Shown here piece after piece: positions 18,730 through 27,887 of a stretch of 64,000 nt of DNA. Under the pieces are notes generated by a model that did no database searches, was not told where the DNA came from, and saw only the letters and a program-made list of their open reading frames with translations. The first letter of the stretch is position 1. Each line of letters opens with the position of its first letter. Made by a program: the position numbers and the translations under genes. Source of the DNA: Candidatus Cloacimonadota bacterium (GTDB lineage Bacteria > Cloacimonadota > Cloacimonadia > Cloacimonadales > WRIO01); contig JAKPKU010000141.1 in NCBI GenBank assembly GCA_029553545.1, forward strand, positions 2,418 through 66,417, read 5' to 3'.

Positions 18730-20622
18730 TTGAAAAACATCTTAAAAATATATAAATTTGTCCTTAAATACCCTACTGATTTGATTATGGGGGTGGTATC
18801 TCTAATATTTTTCTCTGCTTTTAGTGGAGTAAGTATAACTTTGGTCATACCTGTTTTTGATCAAATATTCGTAGTAAAAGACCCAAGTATAATCCAATAT
18901 CACACTTATCAAGAGTTTATTCAAGTTATAAAAGAACAGTTTCAGTATTTATGGCAAAGCTCACCTTTCTCTTTTTCACCAAGCTATTTTGAAGCATACT
19001 GGAAAGAATTGCGTAGTATTATGGACTATGCAGATCCTATGATGCTTCTGTGGGTCGTTTGCGTTGCTTTATTTGTTATTTTCTTTTTAAAAAATATATT
19101 TTACGTGATCAATCGCTTTTACTTCGTGAACCTAAGAGGCAAGACAATTAATGCTGTGCGTAATTACTGTTATAGGAAGTATCTAAATCAGTCATACTCT
19201 TTTTTTAATCAAAATAGAGTTGGTGACTCCATTGTTAGAATGGTCAATGATATCGAAATTGTCAATAATTACTTTATTGACAATGCATTAAAAGTGTTGA
19301 AAGAGTTGTTTTCAATCTTAGTTTTTGCATTTATAGCCATAAGATTGAATCCAAAACTATTCTTATTGAGCATTGTTTTTCTTCCAGGTTTCAGTTTAGG
19401 TGTCGGTTATATCTCAAAAAAGATTAAGAAGTATGCAAAAAGGCTGCAAAGCGAGCTTTCTAACATGTTTTCTAATATTGAAGAAGTGCTGAATAGCATG
19501 CGTATTGTGAAGGCGTTTTGTAGGGAAGACTTTGAATATAAGAAGCTTGTACACATTAACTTCAAGTACTTTAAGTTCTGGCGTAAAGCTCAAATTTATG
19601 GTTCATTTGGTCCACCATTAAGTGAAATGAGCACTGCAATTACAGGCATTGCCTTGATTATTTTGGGTGCCCAAAGCATTCTGTCAAATACAAGCACATT
19701 TACCTTTGGTGATTTTACAGCATTTCTGTTCGCAGTATTTTCTATGCTACATCCATTAAAGGCAGTCACAGCCTCATTTACAGACATAAAACGAGCAATG
19801 GTTTCTGTAGATAGAGTGGGTGAGATAATGAATCTCTCTTCTGAGATTGTTGAAGATAAACATGCCATTGTAAAGACAAATTTTCTTGATAGGATAGAGT
19901 TTAAGAACGTTTCTTTTGCTTATATAGAAAATCAAGAAGTATTAAAGAATGTTAGTTTTGATATTAAAAAGGGTGAAAAAGTGGCTTTCGTTGGTGCAAG
20001 CGGTAGTGGAAAAACAACTATAGCAAACCTGATAAACCGTATGTATGATCCAACAGCAGGGGCTATTTTTATAGATGGCGTGGACCTCAAAAAGCTCAAT
20101 ATTCGCCATTTGAGAAGCATGTTTGGTATTGTTACTCAAGAATCAATTTTATTCAGTGAGACGATAGAAAATAATGTTAAATATGGTGCATTCGATGAAA
20201 TCGATAGAGAGCAAGTCATCAAAGCATGTAAATTTGCTTATGCAGATGAATTTATTGAGACTTTGCCTGATAAATACGAGACAATGATAATGCCACATGG
20301 ATACAACTTTTCTGGCGGACAAAGACAAAGAATATGTATTGCCCGCGCAATCGTAGATAACCCTGAAATACTGATATTTGATGAGGCTACAAGCTCTCTG
20401 GATACGAGCTCTGAAAAGAAAGTACAAAGTGCAATTGACCAGGCAGCAGGCGAGAGAACTGTTATTTTAATCGCTCATCGCTTGTCCACTATTCTCAGCG
20501 CTGATAAGATTATCGTACTTGAGCAAGGAAATATCGTTGGTATCGGCACACATGAAGCATTGCTAAAAGAGAATGCCCATTATCAGCACTTCTATAATCT
20601 GCAATTTAATCATAAAGAATAA
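18730..20622 (+). CDS. MsbA-like ABC exporter (TMD-NBD)
   Basis: TTG start; Walker A GASGSGKTT; FSGGQRQR; Walker B ILIFDEATSSLD; H-loop AHRL. Confidence 0.8.
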   Translation: MKNILKIYKFVLKYPTDLIMGVVSLIFFSAFSGVSITLVIPVFDQIFVVKDPSIIQYHTYQEFIQVIKEQFQYLWQSSPFSFSPSYFEAYWKELRSIMDYADPMMLLWVVCVALFVIFFLKNIFYVINRFYFVNLRGKTINAVRNYCYRKYLNQSYSFFNQNRVGDSIVRMVNDIEIVNNYFIDNALKVLKELFSILVFAFIAIRLNPKLFLLSIVFLPGFSLGVGYISKKIKKYAKRLQSELSNMFSNIEEVLNSMRIVKAFCREDFEYKKLVHINFKYFKFWRKAQIYGSFGPPLSEMSTAITGIALIILGAQSILSNTSTFTFGDFTAFLFAVFSMLHPLKAVTASFTDIKRAMVSVDRVGEIMNLSSEIVEDKHAIVKTNFLDRIEFKNVSFAYIENQEVLKNVSFDIKKGEKVAFVGASGSGKTTIANLINRMYDPTAGAIFIDGVDLKKLNIRHLRSMFGIVTQESILFSETIENNVKYGAFDEIDREQVIKACKFAYADEFIETLPDKYETMIMPHGYNFSGGQRQRICIARAIVDNPEILIFDEATSSLDTSSEKKVQSAIDQAAGERTVILIAHRLSTILSADKIIVLEQGNIVGIGTHEALLKENAHYQHFYNLQFNHKE

Positions 20623-20625
20623 AGC

Positions 20626-22476
20626 ATGGGCGGCATTTCTGGTTTAATACTCAAAAAAGACCTTGATATTAGAGCAAACCTGCAAAGAATGACCGAGATA
20701 ATTGCTCATCGAGGACCAGATAAACAAGACTTCTATATCTATCAGAAAACTGGCTTTGGTTATAGAGGAAAAGCGTATTCAGACAGTGATCTTACAGCTT
20801 CTCAACCAATGAATTACTTGGATAGATATACTATTGTTTTTGATGGCAATATTTATAATTATCAAGAGTTAAAAAGCACACTTTTAACTGAAGGCTATGC
20901 CTTTGATACCAACTCAGATACAGAAGTGATTTTAGCGGCTTATGATCATTGGGGTAAAGGGTGTTTGGACCATTTTATTGGTGCATGGGCTTTTGCGATT
21001 CTTGATAAAAAAGAGAGTATTATTTTTTGTTCACGCGATAGGTTTGGCATTAAGCCTCTTTATTATTCAGACAGTGCCGATTACTTTGCCTTCTGTTCTG
21101 AGATTAAGCAGTTATCAGTTTTGCCCATGTGGCAGGCTAAGCTTGATAGGCAAGAAGCCTATGAGTTTTTATCTTGGGGTAAAAGCCACACAAATGATCA
21201 CACTTTTTTTGCTAATGTAAAGAGTTTGGTTGGCGGGTCTTATTTGCTTTATGATATAAAAAGGCAAACTTATTTTGTGGACTTATGGTATCATTTAACT
21301 CCTAAAAAGACCGTAAATATTGACTTTGAATCTTCCAAAGAAGGGCTTTATTCTTTATTAAATAGCTCAATCAAGTATTGCATTGATACTAATGAAAAGC
21401 TCTGTGCATCACTATCAGGCGGAATTGATAGCTCCACTATTACAGTGATTGTGGAAGAAATATTTAAAGAAAACAAGCACGCAATCCCTTTAGAAACAAT
21501 ATCATCTGTCTCCACTCATAAGAAATACGATGAAAGTGATTTTATAAAATCAGTTATAGAATCTGGCAATTACACTCCTCATTTTATTTATGCTGGATTT
21601 GATGATTTGGTAAGAGATTTTGATAATATTATTTGGCATCAAGAGGAGCCTTTTGCATCTGCAGGTACTGTCGCTCAATGGTTAATTGCCAAGTCTGCTA
21701 AAGAAAAGCAAATAAGTTTCATTCTTGATGGTCAAGGTGCAGATGAAATATTGGGCGGCTATTTACAGTCATTTGGTAATCTTTTTTTAAATAATTTGCT
21801 TTCATTTAAGATATCGCCCCTTTGTAATGACATCATGGGAGCAAAATCAATTCATGGTTACAGTGCCGTTGATATCATAAGGTTAATTCTTACAAGCTTA
21901 TCTAATAAACAACTTTATAGCTTTTTTATCAACAAAACTATGCTTGGTTCCCAATGGATCAAGGATAAGAGAGATATTGCCCTCTATCCCGATTGGAAGA
22001 AGATTAATACGAGTTTACGAACAGAATTGATCGATCAAATAACCTTTACAAAACTGCCTGTATTAACGCATGGTGTCGATAGAAATACTACAGCGCATTC
22101 AGTAGAATCACGTTTACCATTTCTTGATCATCGGCTTGTGGAATATGCATTAGCTTTACCAGATAATTTCAAAATCAATCAAGGTAAAACTAAATATGTA
22201 TTACGTGAGGCTATGAGAGGTAAATTGCCTGACTTAATCACTGATCGCCATGATAAGAAAGGTTTTATTACACCTGAAGAGATTTGGGTTAAACAAAACC
22301 CTGAGTTCTTTTTAAATGAGATAAAAAACACCGTATCGCTTGCCAGCGCCTTTATTGAGCCAAAAATACTAAAATACTTTGAAAAGGTGATATCAGGTAG
22401 CTTAAAATATAATCATGACTTGTTTTCTTTTATTAGTTTTGGGCGATGGTTACAAAAGTATAACATTTCAATTTAG
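20626..22476 (+). CDS. Asparagine synthetase B-like amidotransferase paralog lacking the N-terminal catalytic Cys
   Basis: The GATase-II-like N-domain starts MGGISG instead of MC(G/S)I. The PP-loop SLSGGIDSS is intact. An in-frame stop lies 3 nt upstream, so no alternative start is possible. Confidence 0.8.
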   Translation: MGGISGLILKKDLDIRANLQRMTEIIAHRGPDKQDFYIYQKTGFGYRGKAYSDSDLTASQPMNYLDRYTIVFDGNIYNYQELKSTLLTEGYAFDTNSDTEVILAAYDHWGKGCLDHFIGAWAFAILDKKESIIFCSRDRFGIKPLYYSDSADYFAFCSEIKQLSVLPMWQAKLDRQEAYEFLSWGKSHTNDHTFFANVKSLVGGSYLLYDIKRQTYFVDLWYHLTPKKTVNIDFESSKEGLYSLLNSSIKYCIDTNEKLCASLSGGIDSSTITVIVEEIFKENKHAIPLETISSVSTHKKYDESDFIKSVIESGNYTPHFIYAGFDDLVRDFDNIIWHQEEPFASAGTVAQWLIAKSAKEKQISFILDGQGADEILGGYLQSFGNLFLNNLLSFKISPLCNDIMGAKSIHGYSAVDIIRLILTSLSNKQLYSFFINKTMLGSQWIKDKRDIALYPDWKKINTSLRTELIDQITFTKLPVLTHGVDRNTTAHSVESRLPFLDHRLVEYALALPDNFKINQGKTKYVLREAMRGKLPDLITDRHDKKGFITPEEIWVKQNPEFFLNEIKNTVSLASAFIEPKILKYFEKVISGSLKYNHDLFSFISFGRWLQKYNISI

Positions 22477-22646
22477 ATTTATTATTAGCAATATTATCAA
22501 TAGAAACACGATATTTTATACGATAGCCTCAAATATGATTTACTTCATTATAGGTATTTACAATAAAGAATGTATGTGTAACTTATTAAAAGATAGCTGT
22601 TTTGCTTGATAGCAAAAAGAAATAATAATAAATATACAAAAAAGTA

Positions 22647-22675
22647 TTGACAAGAAAAGGGGCGTTTCATAATTT
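22647..22675 (+). promoter_or_regulatory. Sigma70-like promoter of the tRNA array
   Basis: TTGACA, 17 nt, TAATTT, about 30 nt upstream of tRNA-Ser. Confidence 0.55.
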
Positions 22676-22706
22676 GAACATAATTGATTAATAGATGTGA
22701 AGGCAT

Positions 22707-22792
22707 GGAGGAATAGTCCTAATTGGTAAGGCAGCGGTCTTGAAAACCGCCGGGTTATGCCCATGGGGGTTCGAATCCCTCTTCCTCCGCCA
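22707..22792 (+). tRNA. tRNA-Ser (anticodon UGA)
   Basis: Acceptor GGAGGAA/TTCCTCC, anticodon arm GCGGT-CTTGAAA-ACCGC, long variable arm, T-loop GGTTCGAATCC, encoded CCA. Confidence 0.9.
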
Positions 22793-22818
22793 TTTTAAAG
22801 TGTCCAACAAACATAGTT

Positions 22819-22911
<93 letters not shown>

Positions 22912-22928
22912 GAATGATAAAACTTTGC

Positions 22929-23003
22929 TGGGTAGTCGCCAAGTGGTAAGGCAACGGGTTTTGGTTCCGTCATCCGTAGGTTCGAATCCTGCCTACCCAG
23001 CCA
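22929..23003 (+). tRNA. tRNA-Gln (anticodon UUG)
   Basis: U1-A72 acceptor TGGGTAG/CTACCCA, anticodon arm ACGGG-TTTTGGT-TCCGT, encoded CCA. Confidence 0.88.
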
Positions 23004-23008
23004 TTAAT

Positions 23009-23082
23009 TGGGATGTCGTCTAATGGTAGGACACCGGTCTCTGGATCCGTTTGTCGGGGTTCGAATCCCTGCATCCCAGCCA
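23009..23082 (+). tRNA. tRNA-Gln (anticodon CUG), anticodon stem with two mismatches
   Basis: Acceptor TGGGATG/CATCCCA, good D and T arms. The anticodon arm CCGGT-CTCTGGA-TCCGT has only three Watson-Crick pairs. Confidence 0.7.
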
Positions 23083-23110
23083 TCTATTAAATGCTAATAA
23101 TTAAATATGT

Positions 23111-23132
23111 CCGATTTATATCGGCTTTTTTT
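23111..23132 (+). terminator. Probable terminator of the tRNA array
   Basis: CCGAT-ttat-ATCGG stem followed by C and TTTTTTT. Confidence 0.5.
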
Positions 23133-23177
23133 ATGCTCAGATTTTTTAAACTACAAATTTGACAATGCTATGCCCCC

Positions 23178-23452
23178 TTGATTAATGAGGGTGTTGAATA
23201 GAAAGTTAAAACAACATGTAAAAATTATAGCTTGCAAATTGCCTAATTTTCCTATTAAAAAAGGTATAATAAAACACAAAAATACCTGTTATAAAATCTA
23301 TTTTCTCCTCTTTTCATTAATTATTTACTTAGTTTTATATATCATTATTTAACATATAGATGCCTGTGTGACTCCCCTTACATTCCCTTTGCTATCTTGG
23401 AGAATGAAAGAGATTCTTATAGGAATTTAAAGGGAATGTAACTGAGATTAAT
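23178..23452 (+). repeat. Copy B of the ~275-nt intergenic element (full length; core 23361-23450)
   Basis: Carries the landmarks TTGATTAAT..GAATAG..TTGCCTAATTTT..ACAAAAATACC..TTTTCTCCTCTTTTCA, then the core TGCCTGTGTGACTCCCCTTACATTCCCTTTGCTATCTTGGAGAATGAAAGAGATTCTTATAGGAATTTAAAGGGAATGTAACTGAGATTA. Confidence 0.85.
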
Positions 23453-23572
23453 TATGAATTTATAAGATATAGAAAAATAACTGTTTTCTTTTAATAACGA
23501 TGATTGTTAAATTTGTAATTTGAAGATTATGCACCCCCTGATTAATCTAAATACTAAAAAGCTACTTTTTTA

Positions 23573-23601
23573 TTGACATAAAAGCATTTTGCAGATATTG
23601 T
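23573..23601 (+). promoter_or_regulatory. Sigma70-like promoter for the 23619 operon
   Basis: TTGACA, 17 nt, TATTGT, followed by an AGGAG RBS and the ATG. Confidence 0.55.
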
Positions 23602-23618
23602 CTTAATTAGGAGAATAA

Positions 23619-23963
23619 ATGCTATTTATATTTATAATATTACTAATACTTTTATTAGTGTTGAATTACTTCGATGCCTTTACTACACGCAGAATTGTCG
23701 AGGCTGGCAGCCACAGGAATGAGCGAAACCCCATCGCAAGGTGGCTAATAAAGAAGTATGGGGTCTTTAAAGGAATAATGATTATTAAATCAATTATTAT
23801 TTTACTTTTGCCATTGATCTTTTATGCATATGTTTTATCGCAGAGAGATACTGTTTATACTCTTGTTTTAGCTAATGCAATCTACTTGTTTGTGGTAATT
23901 AACAATATCAATGTGGCAAAAAAGATGAATGTATCTTTAAAATTTGGAAAAGATGAGGTATAG
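23619..23963 (+). CDS. Small polytopic membrane protein (DUF5658-like)
   Basis: LNYFDAFTT...ERNPIARWLI motif pattern and three to four TM segments. Confidence 0.55.
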   Translation: MLFIFIILLILLLVLNYFDAFTTRRIVEAGSHRNERNPIARWLIKKYGVFKGIMIIKSIIILLLPLIFYAYVLSQRDTVYTLVLANAIYLFVVINNINVAKKMNVSLKFGKDEV

Positions 23964-23969
23964 AGAGTT

Positions 23970-26825
23970 ATGAAGAAAGCTATTTTAATAATAATTTCAT
24001 TAAGCATTATGACAATGCTAATCGCACATCCAAAATTTATGAAAGTCAACCCCAATAGTAGCCCTATTAATTATGCACGAGCTGATTCTTTGCATGGCTT
24101 TGATATTATCGCTTATGATATATGGCTCAAAATTGACGATATTGCACAAAGCGTTAATGGTGCTGTTAATGCACAAGTAACTGCAGAAGAGAATTTGTCT
24201 AATATTAGCTATGAGCTTGAAGGGCTGACAGTTGATTCTGTCTATGTAAATGGTAGTTTAGCAAATTTCACACATAATAATGGTTTAATTAATATTAGCC
24301 TTAATATTGCAAGTGGCAGTTCCTTTACTACGAGAGTGGTTTATCACGGCAATCCTATCTTATCAAATGATGGGTACAATAATGGCATGACTTTTAGAGC
24401 TAATCAGATTTTTACTATTTCGGACCCAAATGCTGGTAGATATTGGTGGCCCTCATACGATCATCCATGGGACAAAGCTAAAGTGGATTTGCATGTGAGA
24501 GTACGTTCTGATTGGAAGGTGGCAGCAAATGGTATTCGTCAATCAATAGAGAATCATAGTGATAATACCTCTACGCACCATTGGCTTGGCTCAAATCCAA
24601 TGGCAACTTATTTAGTGAGCATTGCTTGCGCACCATATGAAGAGATCACAGGCACTTTCCAAGATATACCATTGCATAATTTTGTGTTTGCAAATCAAGT
24701 GGCAGTGGGGCAGACGATGTTTGCAAAACTACCACAGATGATGCAAGCTTTTTCTGATGCTTATGGTCCATATCCCTTTGAAAAATATGGTAATGCTGTT
24801 GCAAACATTAACACATTTGGTGCAATGGAACATCAAACGATGACCACACTTGGCTCTTCCATCATGGGAGGCACACTGGCTAATGATTATGTCGTAGCTC
24901 ATGAGCTGTCTCATCAGTGGTTTGGTAATTGCCTAACACCTCTCACTTGGAAAGATGTATGGCTATCTGAAAGCTTTGCCACTTATTCCGAAGCAGTTTA
25001 CACAGAGGCAGTATTCGGTTATGAGGCATTTTGCAGCTATGTGCAGAGTTCTTACCATAATTATTATTTAAACTTTGCCAATTCGAATGGCGATAGGGTA
25101 ATATACGACCCAATTTATTCAGAGTACTTTTATCCAATGGTTTATGAAAAAGGCGCTTCTGTTTTACATATGCTACGTGCATGGGTCGGCAATGAGACTT
25201 TCTTTAATATCTTGCAAACTTATTTCCAAACATATCACAATCAAAATGTCTGTACTGCCGAGTTTAAGGCTATTGCAGAAGAAATATCTGGTCAGAATTT
25301 AGATCAATTCTTCGATCAATGGATTTTTAAAAAGGGCATTCCAACAATAGACTATATTGTATTAAAAAAACCAGATAATAGTGCCTTAAAAACTGTGGCA
25401 AGAACTGTCTCTAATGAAGCTAATAATCATTTCTATATGAAGGCTCCAATGAGAATAGCTTCTTCTGCAGGCATAGATTCTGTCCTTGTAGATATTACAC
25501 CTGAGGGGGCAATTTCTAATATCAACCTAAATTCTGTAATATCATCTTATGCATTTGACCCAAAGAATTGGATGCTTACGCGGGGGAATACAGAGCATTT
25601 TGTTGTCCTCAATGACACTTTTGCAAGTGAAAGTTCAGTAATTATTAATTGGAGTGGCTTGGAAGAGTGGACAGGTATAAATACCTATAATGTATATCGT
25701 TCTACTAATGCAAATAATGGCTATGAGATGATTAACAATGAGCCTGTTGAAGGCTTAATATATGTAGATAATTCTGTTTCAAATGGTCAAGAATACTTTT
25801 ATAAGATAACAGCTTGTTTAGGTGAGTTTGAGACAGAATATTCAAATACTATGAGCGCTTTACCACTCGATTTCCCACTTGATCAAGGGCTTTTAGTGGT
25901 TGATGAAACGAGTGATGGCAATGGCAATATTTTAAGCCCTACCGATCTTGAAGTAGATAGCTTTTATGATAGAATTATCAATAGCGATTTTACCTCATGG
26001 GATGTTGCTACGCAAGGTTTGCCAAGTATCGAGGTAATGAGGAATTATTCGATGATTATTTGGCATGATGACGACACAGTAACATCGCTAATTGATGAGA
26101 CTACTCAAAGGGCTTTTGCTTCTTATATTCTTTCTGGCGGAAAGCTAATTCTTTCTGGTTGGCGTACAGCAAATAGCATAAATAATCCTTATCTTTTGGA
26201 GCGTATAAATGGGCATGGTAATACTTTAGTCAATGCAATTTCCTTTAATGGCGCTATTTCTCCGACTTTGCCTGAATTAAATACAGATATAGACAAGTTA
26301 AATGCAAATTGGAACGGTAATATGCCTTCGATATGCGTATTCCCAAATGCCACAAGCATCATGTATAGAGCACAATTTGCTAATAATTCAACTTGGCAAA
26401 ACTCACCAGTGATTGTTTCTGGAGAGAATATTATTGTGTCTGGTTTGCCTTTTTATTATATGCAAGAAGAGGCTGTACATGAGTTGGTTAGCTTGATTTT
26501 GGATGATTGGTCTGTAGATAAAGATGATATTGTCAAGCCTTTAGCGAAGCTTATCGTTGATATTTATCCAAACCCTGCACGACTGAATCAAGACATCTCT
26601 TTCAAGATCTCTAATCAAGACAATTCCCCGATCAGGCTTTCTATTTATAATATTAAAGGGCAGTTGGTGAAAAGAGAAATAATTCAGGTAGAAAAGAACC
26701 GCGATTATCTATTGCAATGGGATAAACGAGATAAAGATCAACAGGCATTACCTTCAGGCATTTATTTTATTAAAGCCCAATCTGACAAAGAACAAATCAT
26801 TAAAAAGCAAATGATCATAAAATAA
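23970..26825 (+). CDS. M1 family aminopeptidase with FN3-like domain and T9SS-type C-terminal domain
   Basis: GAMEH exopeptidase motif; HELSHQW...WLSESFATY zinc site; C-terminal IYPNPARLNQDISFKI...SGIYFIKAQ sorting-type domain. Confidence 0.85.
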   Translation: MKKAILIIISLSIMTMLIAHPKFMKVNPNSSPINYARADSLHGFDIIAYDIWLKIDDIAQSVNGAVNAQVTAEENLSNISYELEGLTVDSVYVNGSLANFTHNNGLINISLNIASGSSFTTRVVYHGNPILSNDGYNNGMTFRANQIFTISDPNAGRYWWPSYDHPWDKAKVDLHVRVRSDWKVAANGIRQSIENHSDNTSTHHWLGSNPMATYLVSIACAPYEEITGTFQDIPLHNFVFANQVAVGQTMFAKLPQMMQAFSDAYGPYPFEKYGNAVANINTFGAMEHQTMTTLGSSIMGGTLANDYVVAHELSHQWFGNCLTPLTWKDVWLSESFATYSEAVYTEAVFGYEAFCSYVQSSYHNYYLNFANSNGDRVIYDPIYSEYFYPMVYEKGASVLHMLRAWVGNETFFNILQTYFQTYHNQNVCTAEFKAIAEEISGQNLDQFFDQWIFKKGIPTIDYIVLKKPDNSALKTVARTVSNEANNHFYMKAPMRIASSAGIDSVLVDITPEGAISNINLNSVISSYAFDPKNWMLTRGNTEHFVVLNDTFASESSVIINWSGLEEWTGINTYNVYRSTNANNGYEMINNEPVEGLIYVDNSVSNGQEYFYKITACLGEFETEYSNTMSALPLDFPLDQGLLVVDETSDGNGNILSPTDLEVDSFYDRIINSDFTSWDVATQGLPSIEVMRNYSMIIWHDDDTVTSLIDETTQRAFASYILSGGKLILSGWRTANSINNPYLLERINGHGNTLVNAISFNGAISPTLPELNTDIDKLNANWNGNMPSICVFPNATSIMYRAQFANNSTWQNSPVIVSGENIIVSGLPFYYMQEEAVHELVSLILDDWSVDKDDIVKPLAKLIVDIYPNPARLNQDISFKISNQDNSPIRLSIYNIKGQLVKREIIQVEKNRDYLLQWDKRDKDQQALPSGIYFIKAQSDKEQIIKKQMIIK

Positions 26826-27886
26826 TGGCGTATCTTGAATTACAAAATATAGCAATTGAATTTAGTGATTTTAAGATTGAAGACATAAATATCCAGCTTG
26901 ATAAGGGCAAGTTTCTCGTCTTACTTGGGCATAGTGGCTCAGGAAAAACATCGCTAATTCAAGCCATCTGCGGCATTGTACCTATCGCTCAAGGTAAGGT
27001 ATTATTAAATGGAGTTTGTATTAATGATTTGCCTATCCACAAGCGTAAGATAGGTATGGTCTTCCAAGATTTTGCTCTCTTTCCTCACCTGAATGTATTT
27101 GAGAATATCGCCTTTGGGCTTAGAATTAAGAAAGCTAAAAACATAGATAAAAAAGTTCAGGACCTGCTTGAACTAATTGAGCTTCCAAATTACTCAAAAA
27201 GAAGAGTCTATGAGCTATCTGGTGGAGAAAAACAGAGGATAGCATTGGCAAGAACCATAGCTGCTGAACCAGATATTATATTATTTGACGAGCCCATGAG
27301 TGCTTTAGATGAAAGCCTTCGAGATCGTTTGCGTGCTACCATAAAAAATGTAGTTAAACAGATGAATATAACAACAATTTATGTGACTCATGACCAAAAA
27401 GAGGCATTCTATTTGGCAGATTATATAGGTATTATGCATGCAGGACGATTGATTCGCTATGATACAGGAGACAATATTTGGCAACAGCCACAAAATCAGC
27501 TCACAGCTGACTTTTTAGGTGTTCACAACCAGTTTGATGCGACGGTAAAGGCTAAAAATCATGAGAGTAATATGTTCTTTTACAAACTCGATGTCAAAGG
27601 AATAGAACTCTCGATCCATTCAACACAAAAGCTTGAATTAAACCAAAGAGTGAAGATCTGTTTTAGAGCTGAAAGTGTATTCTTATCTTTTAAAAATGAA
27701 GGGGTAAACTCCTTTGAATCGACAATTCTGGATTATAAAATCTTTGGTTCAACGATAAGCTTTACATTGCAAGTGCAAAACCTCAATATTTTAGGCAAAA
27801 CTTTTCGTATTATTAATCTTGAAAACTATTCAAATCAGACCCTGTATTGCACAATTCCTGAGCATGCAATTAGTATTATATATTAA
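26825..27886 (+). CDS. Importer-type ABC ATPase (PotA/MalK/CysA-like) with C-terminal regulatory beta domain; no cognate permease nearby
   Basis: Walker A GHSGSGKTS, Q-loop FQDFALFPH, LSGGEKQR, Walker B ILFDEPMSALD. The start overlaps the upstream stop (TAATG). Confidence 0.85.
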   Translation: MAYLELQNIAIEFSDFKIEDINIQLDKGKFLVLLGHSGSGKTSLIQAICGIVPIAQGKVLLNGVCINDLPIHKRKIGMVFQDFALFPHLNVFENIAFGLRIKKAKNIDKKVQDLLELIELPNYSKRRVYELSGGEKQRIALARTIAAEPDIILFDEPMSALDESLRDRLRATIKNVVKQMNITTIYVTHDQKEAFYLADYIGIMHAGRLIRYDTGDNIWQQPQNQLTADFLGVHNQFDATVKAKNHESNMFFYKLDVKGIELSIHSTQKLELNQRVKICFRAESVFLSFKNEGVNSFESTILDYKIFGSTISFTLQVQNLNILGKTFRIINLENYSNQTLYCTIPEHAISIIY

Positions 27887-27887
27887 C

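Noticed and set aside
18730-22476. ABC exporter plus Asn-synthetase-like gene as a lasso-peptide or RiPP cluster.
   Set aside because: There is no B-type protease or RRE gene and no plausible short precursor ORF. The AsnB-like protein keeps a full-length GATase-like N-domain. The exporter looks like a housekeeping MsbA-type enzyme.
22600-22617. Perfect 7-bp hairpin TTTTGCT-tgat-AGCAAAA downstream of the asnB-like gene.
   Set aside because: No T-tract follows on either strand and it lies 125 nt past the stop codon. It is not convincing as a terminator, so it was left unannotated.
23403-23429. Mini-ORF inside the hairpin apex (GGAGAATGAAAG...: MKEILIGI, MKGDLIGIKRE or MKGNLIGI in copies B, C and D).
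   Set aside because: The GGAG is only 2 nt from the ATG, which is too close for an SD. The ATG is absent in copy A. Peptide length and sequence are not conserved.
23083-23618. Integrated mobile element or genomic island next to the tRNA array.
   Set aside because: No integrase, transposase or phage genes are present, and no tRNA 3'-end duplication was seen. Only the non-coding repeat and its short flanking direct repeat are there.
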